Of a stretch of DNA of 64,000 bases, positions 63,206 through 64,000 are shown piece after piece. The stretch spans positions 2,737 to 66,736 of the forward strand of contig CAYLWC010000012.1 in assembly GCA_964387265.1 (NCBI GenBank). The letters run 5' to 3'. The notes below the pieces were generated by a model that saw only the letters and a program-made list of their open reading frames with translations, was not told the DNA's origin and ran no database searches. Position numbers and translations under genes: made by a program. How positions within the stretch are numbered: position 1 is the stretch's first letter; every line of letters begins with the position of its first letter. Source of the stretch: an uncultured Vampirovibrionales bacterium (GTDB taxonomy: Bacteria; Cyanobacteriota; Vampirovibrionia; Vampirovibrionales; Vampirovibrionaceae).

Positions 63206-64000
63206 ATGCACCCTGCACCGATCAAGATGATTACCGATGCCACCCTGGTTCTTCCACAGGGCCAAGTTCAACAAGGCACGCTCCTGATTGAGGGGAACCG
63301 GATTCACTCCATTCAGACCAGTGCCCCTGGCGCCTTGCTCTTGAACCGAGAAGACGTGGAGGTGGTATCTGGCAAGGGATGCTTTTTGACCCCAGGATTG
63401 ACCGAACTGCATTTTAACGGGGCCCTGGGTTGTGATCTCAATCAAGCCAGTATTTCCGAGATTCAGCAGATGCTGGGACAGCTCCCGAAATACGGGATTA
63501 CCAGCCTGTTACTGACCGCCCTGACCGCGCCGCTGGAAGATATGATCACCACCCTGAGCACGCTGGAAGAAGCCATTCATTATCAAAACCCCAAGCACAG
63601 CCGCATTTTAGGCATTCACCTGGAAGGCCCCTTCCTCAACCCCCAATATCGGGGGACCCACCCGATTCATGCCATCCGACCAGCGGTCTTAGATGATCTG
63701 GTACTACTCACCTCCCCCAACGTCAAAATGGTCACCCTGGCCCCAGAAAAAGATCCTCAATTCCAGCTGACCCATTACCTGCTGGAAAAAGGCATTCGCG
63801 TCTCGGCGGGGCATACGGCCGCCACTTTGCAGGAGATGACCCTAGCTATCAGCCATGGCATTCGAAGCGTAACTCATCTGTTTAACGCCATGCGCCCGTT
63901 GCATCACCGGGAACCCGGCATTATCGCAGCCAGCCTGAACAACGATTTGGTCTACACCCAGTTTATCGGGGATGGTGTTCATGTACACCCGGAAGCGTTG
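63206..64000 (+). CDS. nagA: N-acetylglucosamine-6-phosphate deacetylase NagA (3'-partial, runs off window end)
   Basis: N-terminus …LVLPQGQVQQGTLLIEGNRI… and metal-binding HxH-type region (…TELHFNGALGCD…), typical of NagA amidohydrolases. Confidence 0.7.
   Translation, partial: MHPAPIKMITDATLVLPQGQVQQGTLLIEGNRIHSIQTSAPGALLLNREDVEVVSGKGCFLTPGLTELHFNGALGCDLNQASISEIQQMLGQLPKYGITSLLLTALTAPLEDMITTLSTLEEAIHYQNPKHSRILGIHLEGPFLNPQYRGTHPIHAIRPAVLDDLVLLTSPNVKMVTLAPEKDPQFQLTHYLLEKGIRVSAGHTAATLQEMTLAISHGIRSVTHLFNAMRPLHHREPGIIAASLNNDLVYTQFIGDGVHVHPEAL

Overview
The 64 kb window looks like chromosomal DNA from a diderm (Gram-negative-type) bacterium, moderately GC-rich by eye. I infer diderm from the LPS genes lpxA and lptA/B/C/F-G-like and from the flagellar genes. 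Coding density is high on both strands. I found no mobile element, integrase, CRISPR array or rRNA gene, and one tRNA.

Content from left to right:
- Partial lpxA followed by glmU.
- A CUT1-type sugar ABC uptake system (substrate-binding protein plus two permeases, no ATPase).
- A flagellin locus on the minus strand: two flagellin paralogs, a flagellin-fragment-like ORF between them, and Rho-independent terminators.
- A UDP-sugar dehydrogenase gene.
- A tRNA-Met(CAT).
- A TPR protein, an LptC-like gene and an aldehyde dehydrogenase.
- A long minus-strand catabolic operon spanning roughly 16.8-28.3 kb. It contains glcD/E/F-like FAD/Fe-S oxidase genes, a hotdog-fold protein, an EthD protein, three crotonase-fold enzymes (one MenB/BadI-like), a solitary PaaA-like di-iron oxygenase subunit, a split PaaH-like 3-hydroxyacyl-CoA dehydrogenase, and a PaaJ-like thiolase.
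- mutY and galE.
- An unusual respiratory operon at roughly 31.4-39.6 kb. It encodes cbb3-type oxidase subunits with rearranged c-type subunits. It also encodes a Rieske protein, two cytochrome b paralogs (one fused to a 2x[4Fe-4S] ferredoxin domain) and an MvhD/FlpD-like Fe-S protein.
- rpsP, with a long C-terminal tail.
- Two tandem secreted paralogs.
- lptA (double-length), lptB and lptF/G.
- A DnaJ-like gene followed by fliP, fliQ, fliR, flhB and flhA.
- A cation-diffusion-facilitator transporter fused to a CBS-pair/CorC module.
- tmk, an R3H/AAA (Ycf45/SpoIIIAA-like) ATPase, and an LdpA-like 4Fe-4S protein.
- An orphan oppD-like ATPase, cdd, a C-terminal processing protease, and partial nagA.

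The most interesting candidate for an undescribed system is the Rieske/cytochrome b module. Its Fe-S additions and the heme-ligand loss in one cytochrome b suggest a quinol-oxidising complex that sends electrons both to the adjacent cbb3 oxidase and to a cytoplasmic low-potential Fe-S acceptor.

All calls are from reading motifs by eye. Coordinates of internal start codons were derived by codon arithmetic from the supplied ORF track.
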